A stretch of 64,000 nt of DNA from Trichosphaerium sp. ATCC 40318. Taxonomy: Eukaryota > Protista > Tubulinea. The translations under genes were made by a program, and so were the position numbers. Shown here piece after piece: positions 1-13,028 of the stretch. The notes under the pieces were generated by a model, which did no database searches, had not been told where the DNA came from, and worked only from the letters and a program-made list of their open reading frames with translations. Position 1 is the stretch's first letter. Each line of letters starts with the position of its first letter. The DNA lies in NCBI GenBank assembly GCA_038496445.1, contig JALMLS010000149.1, positions 235,363 through 299,362 of the forward strand, written 5' to 3'.

Positions 1-635
1 TACCCTCGAACAAAGTTTGTCACCACGTGATAATAGAATATGATATTTTGACAAGCTCAAACAAAAAATGGAGGCAAAAAAAAGAGATAAATTCTAGGCA
101 AAAAAAACCCATCGTAAAAAAGACGACCAGCCTTTGCATAGAAGTTTTGTCAGAGTTTGAAGCTCGTTTTCGGCGCGTGTCAGTTAATTGGTAGTTGGAG
201 ACTGTATCATTTTTTACATACAGGTTGTTCGGTTGAGTTGCAGTGAATAGTTGAGAAAAGATGGATTTATTAGTATGGAAAAACTGGCTGCTATTTTTTG
301 ACTTCGAATAAATTACATTACAGCAGAATTTGAGAATACCCTTTGTGTATTCGATTGTACATCGAATATCATTGCGCGCAATTCCGGAGGTAACGGTCAA
401 TACATTCAAACAAAAGAAAGTGCAAGTGATCCAACACCACAATTAAAAATTCCTTCCAAGAATTTTGTTTAGAATCATCTAAGGTATTTTTATCAGCCCA
501 AGAGTTCTACTGAAAAAATCATAGGCAACAAATAATTTTCCGTACCAATTCAATTATAACGTAAAGATTGAAAGAACTTATTGAAGTGATGCAAAAAAAC
601 TATTCTTCCACAAAGTTGTTTACATTAATTTGTTT

Positions 636-1139
636 TTATTTTATCTTTTTTACATGTACAGTTTCGAGTGCGCTAGAAAGGGTTCGCGTAGTTGTGGATT
701 CGTTAAAGCACGCAGATACAAAGTTGAGGAGTGTGGTTGATGCTCGAGTTTTTTTCAAAGCAAGAAGTTGTTGGTGCCTGTCCAGTGTTTTTACGCAATC
801 AAATTCGCCTCCAAGGGTGAGCCAGGTAGCCAAGCATCCGAGTTGGTGAATATCGCTTCTTTGTTGCTCTTCAAGTCCCAGAGGGCTGTAGCCAGTGTTC
901 TTGTCGTCGTTGAGCGAACCAGTGAGCATTAGGCAGTGTTCTTTTCGGTGGACTTTTATGTTTTGTCCATCAATGTGCGTGTAAGCATATCCTGCTTGAT
1001 GTAACGCGCCAAGCTGTATCACCGTAGCTTTTAGAACCATGAGAACTGTTTTATGCTTTAATCCTTTACGCGCAAATTGCTCGAGGGTTTGGGAGGTAGG
1101 TTGTTTCGTCTTGTTGTTGAGGGATGATCGGATAGGCAT
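636..1139 (-). CDS. Intronless pseudokinase C-lobe-like protein, copy A (167 aa)
   Basis: LGALHQAGYAYTHIDGQNIKV resembles the kinase subdomain VI motif (YLH..G.VHRDIKP.NIL) with HRD lost. SDIHQLGCLATWLTLG resembles subdomain IX (SDIWSLG). The frame is conserved with copy B. Confidence 0.6.
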   Translation of the reverse strand: MPIRSSLNNKTKQPTSQTLEQFARKGLKHKTVLMVLKATVIQLGALHQAGYAYTHIDGQNIKVHRKEHCLMLTGSLNDDKNTGYSPLGLEEQQRSDIHQLGCLATWLTLGGEFDCVKTLDRHQQLLALKKTRASTTLLNFVSACFNESTTTRTLSSALETVHVKKIK

Positions 1140-2329
1140 TTTGAGTAGAAGAGTTGCGTGTTGTGTTTGTTGTAGATATTATTGGTGCGTACGCATATAC
1201 TGCGCAGTTTGCAGGCCGATAATGTAGAGTACTCGGAGAAACATTGTAACGCACTGAACAAATCCTTTTGAAGACATATGTCCTTGGTGGTTGGCGTAAC
1301 AGCGTGGTTAGAATCGAATTGATTTGCATTTTTAGTTTGTTTCCATCTTTGGGGAAAAAGGGAGAAACAAAGTCTGGGCAATATTTTACGAACCGTTACT
1401 CACTCAACAAACACTTAGATACGTTGAATAGGGTTCTTAATTCAACGTCACAGCGTTTCCGGCTTATTCAGGCGTATTTCGGTTGAGGAAACGTGATTTA
1501 ACCGAGATCGGTTTCAGGGTTATGAAACAACAAGTTCATGCCTTCTACGCTATATAATAGCGTCGTAGTGTTTTGTGAAAGGTACAATAGTGCTTTGTAC
1601 CTATTACTGTCTGCAAAATGTACTAAAAAAAGGAATGTAGAAAGCTGCACAGTAAAATGTTTGCCTGGCTCTGGTTTTCTCCGCAGAATGCTTTGGTAAT
1701 GATAATGCGTAATGCCATTATCCAGGTTAGATAGTGGTCGTGAATAATGTTGGGAATTCCCGAACGTTGGTCGATTGTGGTTAACATTTGCAATTTTTTA
1801 CAATCTTTTTTTTGTACAATTACAGACTATTTGTTAACTAAAATAGGACGATATAAAGCGATGTACCCTTTAAAAATCCCTACTACGCTAACATATGGCA
1901 TAGAACGCATGAATTTCTTTTGTTATCACCATTAAACTGATCTCGATTAAAATCACGTTTCGGCAACCGAAATACGCCTGAATAAGCCGGAAACGCTATG
2001 GCGTTGAATTGAGAACTATCTTCAATTGATTTAACATGTCGCTTGGGCAGTTAGCGTATTACTTCGTAAGTACTATGGACTTTGTTTTGTTGACTTTTGG
2101 GTTTTAGTTCTCCTCTTTTCTCCAGACTGAAAAAAACTAAAAGTGCAATTCAGTTGATTCTTAACATGCTGTCACACCAACATCAAAGGCTATCAGTCAT
2201 TACGATGGTATGGTTCGATATGTTTCTCCGAATACTCTACAATGTTAGTTATCGGCTTTAACTGCGCAGTATACGCGTGTACGCCAATAATATCTAACTA
2301 CTAATACCATCGCAACTCTTCCAAACAAA

Positions 2330-2854
2330 ATGCCAATCCTATCATTCCTCAAGAACAAGAAGAACCAACAACCGACCTCCCAAAGCCTCGAACAGATTGC
2401 ACGTAGAGGACTCAAACACAAAACAGTTCTGAAGGTGCTCAAATCGACGGTGATAGAACTGGATGTCCTACATCAAGCAGGATATGCTTACCAACGCATA
2501 AACGGACACAACATCAAAGTCCATCGCAAACAACACTGTTTGATGCTCACAGGTTCTCTCAGCAACAATGGCAACCCTCTAAACAGCTCTCTGGTACTTG
2601 AAATGCAACAAAAAAAGGATATTCACCAACTCGGATGCTTGGCAACCTGGCTCACCATCGGAGGCGATTTTGAGAACGTACAAACACTGGACAGGCACCA
2701 ACAACTTCTTGCTTTGAAAGATGCTCGAGCTTCGGCGACACTCATTAACTTTGTATCTGCGTGCTTTGGTAAAACCACAACTACGCGGTACCTTTTTTCC
2801 ACACTAGAAACTGTACATGTAAAACAGTTAAAAATAAAAAACAGATTTATGTAG
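2330..2854 (+). CDS. Intronless pseudokinase C-lobe-like protein, copy B (174 aa)
   Basis: Paralog of 636-1139 (LDVLHQAGYAYQRINGHNIKV, KDIHQLGCLATWLTIG). The ORF stays open despite many substitutions. Confidence 0.6.
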   Translation: MPILSFLKNKKNQQPTSQSLEQIARRGLKHKTVLKVLKSTVIELDVLHQAGYAYQRINGHNIKVHRKQHCLMLTGSLSNNGNPLNSSLVLEMQQKKDIHQLGCLATWLTIGGDFENVQTLDRHQQLLALKDARASATLINFVSACFGKTTTTRYLFSTLETVHVKQLKIKNRFM

Positions 2855-3077
2855 ACAACTTTTGTTACGAGTTCTAAGATTTCGCTTTACAAGTTTCTAC
2901 CGAGTTTTGACGCTAGATTCACGCGCGACGCTACTCAATTTCACGAGTAGAGGCAAACTAGTGCTTGATAGAAAAAGAGACCATTGCTCAATATTAATCT
3001 GCTCAAATATATTACGGCAGAGACTTGCCTAAGGCGGGCTACAATAATTTACAAAAAGAGGGCGCCAAAAAATTCAT

Positions 3078-4007
3078 CTATGAGTGTGTAGGTTGTATAT
3101 ACTCTTTAGGTTCTTCTAAGGAACCAAAAAGAATATCTGGTACAGTATCAACACACCCAAGCGCAAGATTTTTGAAGTATTTTCTGTGGTGCTGATAATG
3201 ACGTTGTTGTCTTACTTTCCACCATGTTGTATTTGCTAGCCATTTAGGTGGATTCTGCGTGTGGTATGACTACATCAATATTAGTTAGTTTGTGAGCAAA
3301 TACGTTTAATCACGTGATGACAGAAAGCAAAACAAAAAAAATCGAAAAAATAAAAATCTAGCGTTACAAACCGCAACAAACTCAACGGCGTCTTTTCGTT
3401 CGATTTTGTCGTAATAATTTTCAACCAAAAAAAAAAAACAAACAACGCTTAGTTTACCTGATGTAGCCGTTCAGATACCATTGCGAGTACCACGAGTTCA
3501 GTAATAATAAATAAACCTGTTTGTAGACCGACGAAGTAGCAAAGTGCAGGACAAAACCCAAGTGCAAAAACAGTATACCCAGGCGCTAATACCACGCGTG
3601 TTAGTTCTAGAATATGTACGGACACAACACTATCCGTTTTGTAAAAAAGAACTGTTTTATCGGCTTTTTTACAAAACGACGTTCAAGGCGCGTAAGTGTG
3701 ACAGCGTGTTTGCGTTGTGCAAGAATATCAGAATAGCTGGTTTCTCTGTGTTTCGTACCTTTCAACGGAAAGCTTGATCGCTCTTGATATGTTGGTGTGG
3801 TTAATCTACTAGGAGGATACTCTTTTATGTGGTGTTCTAAGTGCATATCGTGTACGGAGCGCGGACAGATGCGTGAGTGTACTACAGCTATTAGACACTT
3901 GATAACCAACAGTTATACCAATTTTACGTACTGAATCTGTGCAAACACCATCCGAGAATTGTGTACGCATAGTAAGTGATAATAGCTACAGATGCGATGT
4001 ATAGCAT
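3078..4007 (-). CDS. Fatty acid hydroxylase / sterol desaturase family membrane protein (spliced)
   Basis: The spliced translation gives His boxes LHRF|IH, HLEHH, LHQ|SYH and HYQHH plus C-terminal N..G....DILFGS. Introns are GT-AG. Confidence 0.85.
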
Positions 4008-4175
4008 AGCTAGTGTGGTAGTGGAAGGAGTGTGAAATAAAATGACGTTTATCGTCGAAATTACAAAAGAACCAACTTAAAACGATTAAGTGATGCTCGT
4101 ATGATCACGTGTAGTTCAACCAAAAAAAGACTAAAAACAATAGCGTTAAAAATTATTATTTACAAAGGCCATAGT

Positions 4176-5739
4176 TTAGCCAAAGGCAAAGAACATGCTG
4201 TACACATAGACAACCATACACAAAGCAACACCACCAACAATGATGACTGGTAGTACAATATCATTATCATGTTCCTCGTCTTCCTTTGTTTTAGTATTAA
4301 CTTCAGGCTTCTTCTCCTGTTCTTGTGTTTGTGTTACAGATGTCACAGCTGTAGTAGTTGTGGCAATCTTCTCAGTGGCAGGGTTATTATTGACAACCTC
4401 AGTTTGCTTTGCTGGTTTTTCTTCAATGGCAGATTTTTCTTGCCTTTTGCGCCTTCGCAAGAGACTTCGCTCTTCTCTTTCTCTATCTAGGCGTTCTACA
4501 TGTTTATCATCCCACTTATTAGTATCTTCTGTATTAGCAGAAGCGGCAGGTGCTACTATTTTTTCAACCCTTTCAGAAACTTCTGTCATTATTTCATCAA
4601 GTTCCATTATTTGAGTTGTAGGTGTTTCATTACTTATATCTCTTGGAGTAACTATAGTACTCTCTATATTCATTGGTGATGGTGTAGGTGTATTCTCTTC
4701 AGGCATTTCTTCAGTATCAGAATCCATATTAACTTCGACCTAGGTGAGTAAGTTAAAAGAGATGTTTTAGGTGACAGCTATATTGAAAAAAAAAGTACCA
4801 TTATAGTCGGTTCTTCCACTTCACTCGCTGATTTTACAGGTGCTGAAGCACTACGTAGAACAGATGATGCGTGTTTAACAGGAACAGATATACTCCTTTG
4901 AATATCCATCTGCTCAATAGCAGCTGTAGTAAACGAGTCCTTTAAAAAAAAACAGATAAGTAAGAAGATAAACTTCTTGAAGACTTTCTCAAGGTTTTTT
5001 TTTGGCAAACGTATATGTCGACTGAAAGGAGCTGGTACGTACGTCTTTTTTGACAGGTGTTTCTACTGGTTTAGGTTGCTCTTGGGCAGATACAAATTGA
5101 CGCAATTTAGCAAAGACCTTGTCATTGTTAGGCTTGGCAACCTTAGGTTTTGGAGGTGCATCTTCTCCGTGTGTGATGCCTCCAATACCCCATGATTTCG
5201 TGTTTTTAAACTCATGGTATACCTGTAGAAGTGTTTTTAGCGCAAAGAGCTTATGCAATGTCATTTTTTTTTTGTAGTTTTGGTAGTTCTTTTTAGTGTA
5301 CTGGGCAATATGGTTGGTTACGTACCATAGATAGATACGTCATAATAGAACGAGGTTCTGGGCGCGATAAAAGCATGTCTTCAGGTTCAAGAAGACTAAC
5401 AATACCCACACTCTCTGCTGCAGCAAACGCTAGCCGGTAGAGTGAGAAAAAGGAAAAAAAATCTTTAACGTTGAAGCTACGAATGATGTACCTTTTTCTA
5501 GGTTGCCCTGCGGGTCATCTGGGCTAAGATCGTCCATAGAAATGGCGTCAGGCCTATATTTATTCACAATCGCGGCAAACGCTGTCATACAATTATAAAC
5601 TGCATCATATGACACTGGTAGTACCATAACCATCTTTCCAAGATGTTGTGAAGTTTGTTATTTTAACATTACTGTACCCAGCGGTAGCAGCTTTACACCA
5701 AGCCAACAACCCGTCCTTTCCTGTCTTACGCTTCTTCAT
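4176..5739 (-). CDS. Calponin-homology (CH2-type) domain protein with C-terminal transmembrane anchor
   Basis: [40 protein letters not shown]...LLEPEDM...PRSIMTYL, followed by a low-complexity linker and the tail [27 protein letters not shown]. Confidence 0.85.
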
Positions 5740-5749
5740 ACGTGTTTAA

Positions 5750-5760
5750 ACAACTGAGAA
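5750..5760 (-). promoter_or_regulatory. Initiator-like TCAGTTG element (also at 9962-9974 and 44636-44647)
   Basis: (TT)YTCAGTTGT recurs about 10-50 nt upstream of the ATG of three minus-strand genes. Confidence 0.45.
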
Positions 5761-6016
5761 CTTAATTGCTTCCGCTTAAAGAAACTCGACTTCACAACCT
5801 CGTTTATTCGTTCCGATGACAAGAATGAAAACCATCACAATTGCAAACGATTACTGACTTAGCCATTCTCTCAGAGGTATTGTGATGCATCAGCAACCGT
5901 ATACGTAATAGGCCCTTACAATTTGACATCACATGCAGAAATCATCTTTTTTTTTAATCAACGTTTTGTATTTTACAGGTTAGTATACTAACTATTATTA
6001 TCTAAAGGAACACAGT

Positions 6017-8652
6017 CTACGACTGTGCGCTTTGGATACACGGATCATCTGTTTGTCCTTCGTCCGATTCTTCCTCGGATTCTTTGCTTGGTTGAACCAG
6101 TTCCTCTGGTTCTGATTCTTCTGATTCTTCTCCTGCTTCTTCTGGTTCTTTTGGTTCTTTTGGTTCTGGCTCTGGTTCTGGTCCTTGTGAATCGATACCA
6201 GAAGAGTCATTACGACGACTGTTTATGCCACTACTGCCGCCTGTAGCACTCGTCACAGTCATTGGTCTAGTAGACCTTTTTGTAGACCCAAAGCTCCTTT
6301 GCTGAGGAGTCAACCTCGCTGCTAGATCTAGAAATATTCGTTAATCATAGTTTAGTTCTTAATGTAAAAACTGCTTACTATGCCATCCAAAACGCTCTGA
6401 TAATTGCACAAGTGAAAGAAGCAACTCATTATAGAATACTTGTATCACTAAAACAAAGATGTCATCGTTAACAGCCACTTGGTTCTATCTTAGTAGTTAC
6501 CTAAACAAGCAACAGATAATATGGCTGAGCGACAGAATACATTGACTTGATTCCACACTGTTTGCCAGGCAGTTGGCACTAAGTTAAAGTCTACAACAAA
6601 GATAAGTCTCTGATTGTTTGCTCTTTTCTTTTAAAACCACGTACTACAAGTTCCAGGATTAGCTCTTTCACAATTTAACCAACTATAAAAGCCAGCTACA
6701 GCTTTATCATTAGGAATAAATATACGACGGAAAGCCAATGACATTGGAACACAGATGAAATACAAGTAGATCACAATCCAAACAACAAGTACTGCTTGAC
6801 TTCTCCAATAGTTTTTCTGAGTTTTATCCATTCCTCTACCTCTACGCTTACCAGCATATCGTCTCATTCTAGCGAACTCCTAAAAGAAAAAAATGAGAAT
6901 TAAATTCAGTTCAGTTGATGAATCATCGATTTCTCGCATACTTTACTTAGATAGAAACCAAAGGCTATAAGACCAACAACGCCAACACCTTGAGTGATGG
7001 CAAGGTTAGCCACTAGTACTTTATTTATCTTCGTGTTTTCCGTTTGTGCTGCAAAAATCATTGAGTTTAAGGTAGATTTTTACACGTATAAGTAACGTAC
7101 TGACACAGTTTGTAGAAACAAAGTGATTTGGACCAAAGTAATCACTAACTCCCAGGTATATATCAACGCAAATTTGTACTACCCATGGAGCAGCAACGAA
7201 AACAAAACTAAGGAAAAAAGATTAAATCCAACTTTGGTAAGCAGAGGTTGTTTTGGTCGCCGAAGCGTTTTACTGAAAACACGTACTGCCCAAACAATTT
7301 TGGCTTAGACTGTGCTATAAACATGTAAACCATGCCAGCAACCCATGAAACAAAAGCATAGTCCGAAAGAGTAAGAAAGTGGTACATCCATAACCCTGCA
7401 ATTAGTTAACAAAATTGAGGAATTGTTCCTTGTTATCGTGCCTTGGAATGTACAAAATGGCGAGTCCTGTCGTCTTACATAAACTGCTTCATTCTTGCAA
7501 AGCAGTTCTTCAGAATTAAGGAATAAACTAGGAAAGTAACCCAAGCTATTTAAGAATACATACCTAGATACAAGCAATTAACATTAAAATTTCGTAACCG
7601 TGTTTCTTTGTTCCTATGAACAAAAAAAAAAGGTATTGGATCCTTACCACATGATTAAACAATGGAGTGTCAAAGGAAATCCTCTCTTCAATGCTACTTT
7701 TGTAGATATAATAACAGCAATCAACCCCAATATAATTGAAGTGGGAACAAATACAAACATGAGCTGCGTTTTGAATAATCAGAAAAAAAGCAAGTGAAAA
7801 GGGTTCATCAGAAAAAAAAAGGTGCACTTACAATACGTTCTGTTCCGGAGGCATCGTTTATATAGCGCTTTGGACAACCGAGTGCGCACATTTCTACAAA
7901 GCCTTCTTCATGATCGGGGTTGTAAAGTGTAGGATATTGACAGTCTGATGGTTTTGGCGTCACAGTTTCATTGTTGCAATTTTCATCAGCGTAATCATCT
8001 ATGGTAGCTAAAGAGGCAAAGTATTAGAATAGAGATAGTTTCCTAATCTAGAAAGGTAAAACGGGATAAACCTAGTTTGTCTTGCAAAAAGTTTCCTAAA
8101 CTATATCGCACCGTCTCCAATACCAATAGAAGTGACTGATGAGCAATTTGGAGCTAAAGCAGCTGCTTGTTCACCAAATAATGTAAGGAGACAGTGTCGA
8201 AGGTCTAGGCACTCACTACGGCATGCAGCGACAGGAAAGACGAATGCGCCTAGAAGTTGGTTAAGAACACTAGACTTTGTAGCAAACCTAATAAGAGTTG
8301 TCGTACCGCTAGAACACTGGCGAAATAACTGTTTGCAAACCACCCGTTTAAATATTGTTGCGCATCTATTACCAAATTAATGTACGAAGCTTTCGCCAAG
8401 TATTAAAAAAAGACAATGCGATCATCTACTACAAGGTACATACTCTTTATTGGCCAAGTATAGATCAGAAATTGGTGAGCGTATTTGCGCGTCATAAATA
8501 TCTAGCAAGAAAGACGCGTTTTCGTTGGGTGGTACAATAAATGTATAATCATCTCTAAAACCGCAAGGGTTGCTCGTTGTATTTGCCATTACGCAACTCT
8601 GCGCATTTACAGCAATAATGGCGATTGCTATTAATGCTAGCGCGCGATACAT
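6017..8652 (-). CDS. Frizzled/Smoothened-like GPCR (family F; signal peptide, Cys-rich domain, 7TM)
   Basis: Signal peptide MYRALALIAIAIIAVNA. Cys-rich exons (CKQLFRQC...CRSECLDLRHC, CQYPTLY...CALGCP). FCTFQG before TM3, several hydrophobic exons and an acidic tail. Confidence 0.75.
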
Positions 8653-8878
8653 TGCCAAATAAACTATGTGCCCTATTTCGAGAAAATAGACAACATTTTT
8701 GGCTAAACGCACAAACTTGGACCGCAAATAAAAAACCCCAATGTACCCACGAAAACGTATTCTACGACTTCTAGACGCACCAAAAAAGAAAGTACTGCTT
8801 GTTTTGTGACGTGACGAAACAAATCAAACGTTAATCGTGACCAAATCGTTCTGTGTTGAAAAGGCAGTGCTTTTATTG

Positions 8879-9921
8879 TCATGTATCAACATCCATATCA
8901 TCAACAGGTTCAGCTTCTTCTTTCCCTGCTTCATTTGTTTCATTATCTTTATCTCCATTTTCAATTTCATTCTCGTCTTCTTTATGTTCTTCCTCTACTT
9001 CACCTGGTATTTTTGCACCTGGAGGCGCCCACCAAGTAAGTCTACCTAAACCAGACATATCAAAGGTTCCCTTTTTGTTGTCAAGGATTCATAAACAATC
9101 AAGTAAATACAAAAACCAAAACGTGTGGATACAAATACAAGCATTGGTGCTCGAACAAACCTAGACAAAATTTTAGCCTCAGGGTTTTTATAGGGTTCAA
9201 CGACTGGAACGTACTCTTCTTCTTTGTTTGAAGTAGGATCGTGTTTTGATACAGATGGAGGACTGAACTCGACACGTTCAACTCTTAATCTGACATACTT
9301 TCCCATCTCAATAGGTAACTCATGCTCATAACCATTATCAAAATATGACCACACCCATTGTCCTAATTTGGCATCGCTGAGCACGTGTTTTAGTCATCAG
9401 TGAGGTGAAATTTTTACAAAAAATGGAACGTACTACTTGCTGTTCTGCATCATGCTACCAGCTTGAATGTACACATTATCAAAAAAATTAAGTGATATTT
9501 GTATGCCCTCTTCTGAACAACCAATTGCTTTTCCCACTAATATTTGTCCTGCAAATGGACGAAATGTAATGAGTCTGTACGTTTGTAAGTGTTTGGAAGC
9601 ATTTAAAAGCTTGCCTACCTAAATCGTACTCTGACATGGCTACCACCGTCATTTGGATACACAAAGCCTTCTGTTATATCTAGAACATCGTACATGGAGA
9701 TGAAAAGCCCAACGCCTTGTGACACCTAAAAACCGCTTTTGCAAAGGCGCTATTGCTACTAATCGTACTGTATTCATGTATTTTTTATTAATTTCATACT
9801 CTATAGCCTCCAGCTGCGTGTCGAACTGAGAAGGCGGAATACGCACAATATCTTTGAGCGTTACCAAAATAAACTACATTGCGCGTAAGTAGACGTATAT
9901 GAGGTATTTTTGTACAGCCAT
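8879..9921 (-). CDS. POLR3H: RNA polymerase III subunit RPC8/Rpc25
   Basis: MAFILVTLKDIVRIPPSQF...EINKKY, FRPFAGQILVGK, WVWSY...VRLRVE, GLGRLTWW. Confidence 0.92.
9071..9132 (-). other. Probable U12-type GT-AG intron in RPC8
   Basis: Donor GTATCCAC, branch TCCTTGAC about 9 nt before the AG, no polypyrimidine tract. Removal restores PMLVF|GTFDMSGLG. Confidence 0.7.
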
Positions 9922-10212
9922 AATGTTTTTTGCTCAAATTGCAGCGCCAAATTCAGCGCAAACAACTGAGAAAATTCCCAGCAACGGCAAAGTGCTCTAC
10001 TTTGTAACGAATGGATGATTGGATCACTTAACCGCAAGTTACTAAGGTATTCGAACCAGACGTTATTTATTACTCAACTGGTTATTTTTACAGCGCACAA
10101 ATGCTGACAGCTAGTGTATGCTATCAGAGTACATTTCATTCCCATTGGAAAGTATGCTGCCTCATACAAAAAAAAGGTGCGCCTTGCTGAGGATAATAAT
10201 TAGGGGTTATGG

Positions 10213-11358
10213 TCATTGTATATGTCCCAACGCGGTTAATTCATCAACTGTCATTTTTCTCCAATGTCCCATCTTGACATTTTTCATTAGATTTTTTTTA
10301 AGCTACGTGTATGCGTACCTCTAAGTCTCCTAAGTGTATAGGTCCTACTGATACACGTTGAATTTCTTGTACGTGATTTCCTACAGCAGCTAACATACGA
10401 CGAACTTGATGGTATCGTCCTTCATATAATGTTATCCTACATTTTGTATCAGCCTTCAAAAAGAGAATCCAAAATGATGTACCGGCATAGTTGATTTTCT
10501 TTATCTACAATTTCGAACTCTGCAGGTTTACAAGCAATCTCTTCACTCTTTAAAAGTAATTTTCCTGTTGACAAGGGAGTGAGTGTAGAGTTCAAGGAGG
10601 TTTATTGGTAAATGTATAGTACCTGAAGCAAAAATTTCTGATTCTTTACCAGAAAATGGTTTTTGCAATTTCACTTGATACGTCTTTCCAAACGTGTGAT
10701 CTTTCTTTGTTGGCGTTGTAATATTTTTTACTAACTCCCCTAATATAAACCAGTTAACTTGGGAGATAAAAGACGTTGGTGAAAAAATAAAATAATAGGA
10801 AACTTGTTTGTTGTACCATCTTGACTGAGAATTAAAAGGCCTGAAGCCCATTTATCTAGCCTTCCTGCAACCGCTAATGTAGGCTGACGTTTGAGAAATT
10901 GCCTCTTATTATGTCATTAGTGGAGGGTTGCTGTTTCAATGAGAAACGCACTGGCAATAGATCATAAACAATTTGTTCCTCTTCGTGCTCTATTACGCGC
11001 GAACATACGTAATTGATTGGTTTGTGCATTACCAAGTGTAACCTGTGAGTACATTAACATGCAAAGTGTCGCAGACTTTTAATGTACTTTTCAATGTGCT
11101 CAAGGGGCTTTCCATTCATAGTTACGCGTTGTGGATCAATCCTTTCAGAGTAGTGAGCTCTTGTTGGGCTACGACCATCTACTTTCACTTTATTCTCTCT
11201 AACGAACCTCTATAGCGTGTGAGAGTTGCTGCGTGATAAACTGCTCATGAGTTTACAAAATACAGCTATAAGTGTATACATACGGGAACGTTTGATCGTG
11301 TGCAATGCCCAAGGTTGGAAATAAGCCTGTCAAATCGGTGTAGCTTGGAAGCTGCCAT
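10213..11358 (-). CDS. rsuA: RsuA/RluB-family pseudouridine synthase (bacterial-type)
   Basis: N-terminal HRFDRLISNLGHCTRS (S4-like), catalytic VAGRLDKWASGLLILSQDG, and EGRYHQVRRM. Confidence 0.88.
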
Positions 11359-11530
11359 TTTCCCTTAACAACAGCAAAATCGCTACCTATTCATCAATTC
11401 GAGCGTCGGAGGCGCTTGGTTGCTTGTTTTATGCCTGTTAGCACTGGTCAACAGTATTAAAAAAAAGTCAGTAGGCTTACACCCCACAATGCGTCAATGG
11501 AGTTAGGGGTCGCAGACGAGGAGCTCACAA

Positions 11531-12727
11531 ATGTCGTTGTTGCTGTCGACGACGATTCAGAGGCATAACTAGCAATTACGTACTTGTTTTTAATCTAACG
11601 CCTGTTAGGACGGCCTACTTCTTCAAAAACGAACGGACAAGAATTGCTACACAAAATACATTAAACCGTACTTAAACAAAGGTGCAACGAATTGTAGATG
11701 ATTTAATGCTAAAAATGATAACCAGGGCCTATAAGTAACGTAATTACGTTCTGTATTATGATTATTGGGTATGACACTCGTTAACGATTTTTTGACAGCT
11801 AATTAACTCGTATAGCGCTGTATTCGTTGCTGTCTTCCCAGACTGTACGTTCGTTAACCTAACACAACACTAAAATCAGTGCAGTCGTTGCAGTGCAGTT
11901 TATATTTTCGTTCGGATTGTTTGGCTTCGCAGGTAAACCCAACAAACTAAGAGCGTTATCTTACTTGATGATCAGGAGGAGTTACAAACTGGCTGGCTAT
12001 TAAAATGTTGTTTGACAGAATACCATTGATATATGGATCAGGAGTAATACAGAATAGATTTGTTCAAATTAGGAATACTGTCAAAAATGTAATGATGAGG
12101 ACTTTTTTTGATAAACAATTCCTCTCAAAGTACATGAGCGCCAAGATTGGACAATTTTTTGGATCACTGGATATTGGTAAGTTTTATAGCTAAGTTGCGC
12201 AAATTGACACTGTCGTTAGAATCAAAGATAACTGGTTTTCTTGAATCTGAGCAAGTAGAAGAAATAATTGACAATAAATTATCGGAATTATCAGCAAGAC
12301 CAGAAGGCATGTGGTTGTCAATGATGGGTATAGACCCAGCTAATTTAAAACCAATGATTAAACCGTTCATTGTTGGCATGGGTGCTGATATTGGGCCTAC
12401 AGTACGTTGTGGTATCCATCTAACATTAATTCGCTTTAGCTAATGACAAATATTGATCCTATGTCTTTTATAAATGTAGAGAAGATTAGGCAGGAGGTAG
12501 ATAATTTAATGGTTACTAAACTTCAGGAGCTTAACGCAGGAAGAGTAAAAAAACTAATGGAAGACGTCATTAGGAAGCATCTAGGGTAATAGAAGAAATT
12601 TGAAAAACTTACAAAAAAACCCACTTATTTATGTCGTAGATGGTTGATAGTGTGGGGAAACGTATTTGGTGGAATTCTCGGTCTCATCACAAAAGGTGTA
12701 GAGGTTGCTACTGGCGCTAATTTCTAA
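11531..12727 (+). CDS. DUF445-like membrane protein
   Basis: FGLFGFAGGVTNWLAIKMLFDRIPLIYGSGVI and C-terminal HLGWLIVWGNVFGGILG. The start codon is inferred through a GC-AG intron. Confidence 0.8.
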
Positions 12728-13028
12728 ATAGCCACCCATGTATTGAGCTTCAAAACAAAAAGAGAAGAATGTTTATTTGTAATTTAATTTAAGTTTCATT
12801 GTACAGCTAACCATCTTGGTTAACTATATACATAAAAACAATGTAAAAGCGAACGCAATTATGGGTTTGTAGTCAAGTGACACAAAAGTGACTTAAGAAA
12901 ACTGAGAAAAACGAACAAAATAGCAAAACTCTGCTAAACTCATCACTTCATTTTCGCTGCAACGCAATTGTTGTACACTGTACAGCTTATTTACACACGT
13001 TGGTATTTTTTAGCGTAGTGAAGCAACA

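Larger units (their letters stand above)
611..2864. repeat. Long imperfect inverted repeat (arms ~611-1516 and ~1933-2864, spacer ~420 bp)
   Basis: The reverse complement of 1430-1516 matches 1933-2020, including the identical 34-mer caaccgaaatacgcctgaataagccggaaacgct. Homology continues through both ORFs to caaagttgtttaca / tgtagacaactttt. Confidence 0.95.

Noticed and set aside
20-600. ORF 20-442 (-) and possible plus-strand terminal exons
   Set aside because: No recognisable motifs, and no consistent exon chain could be built.
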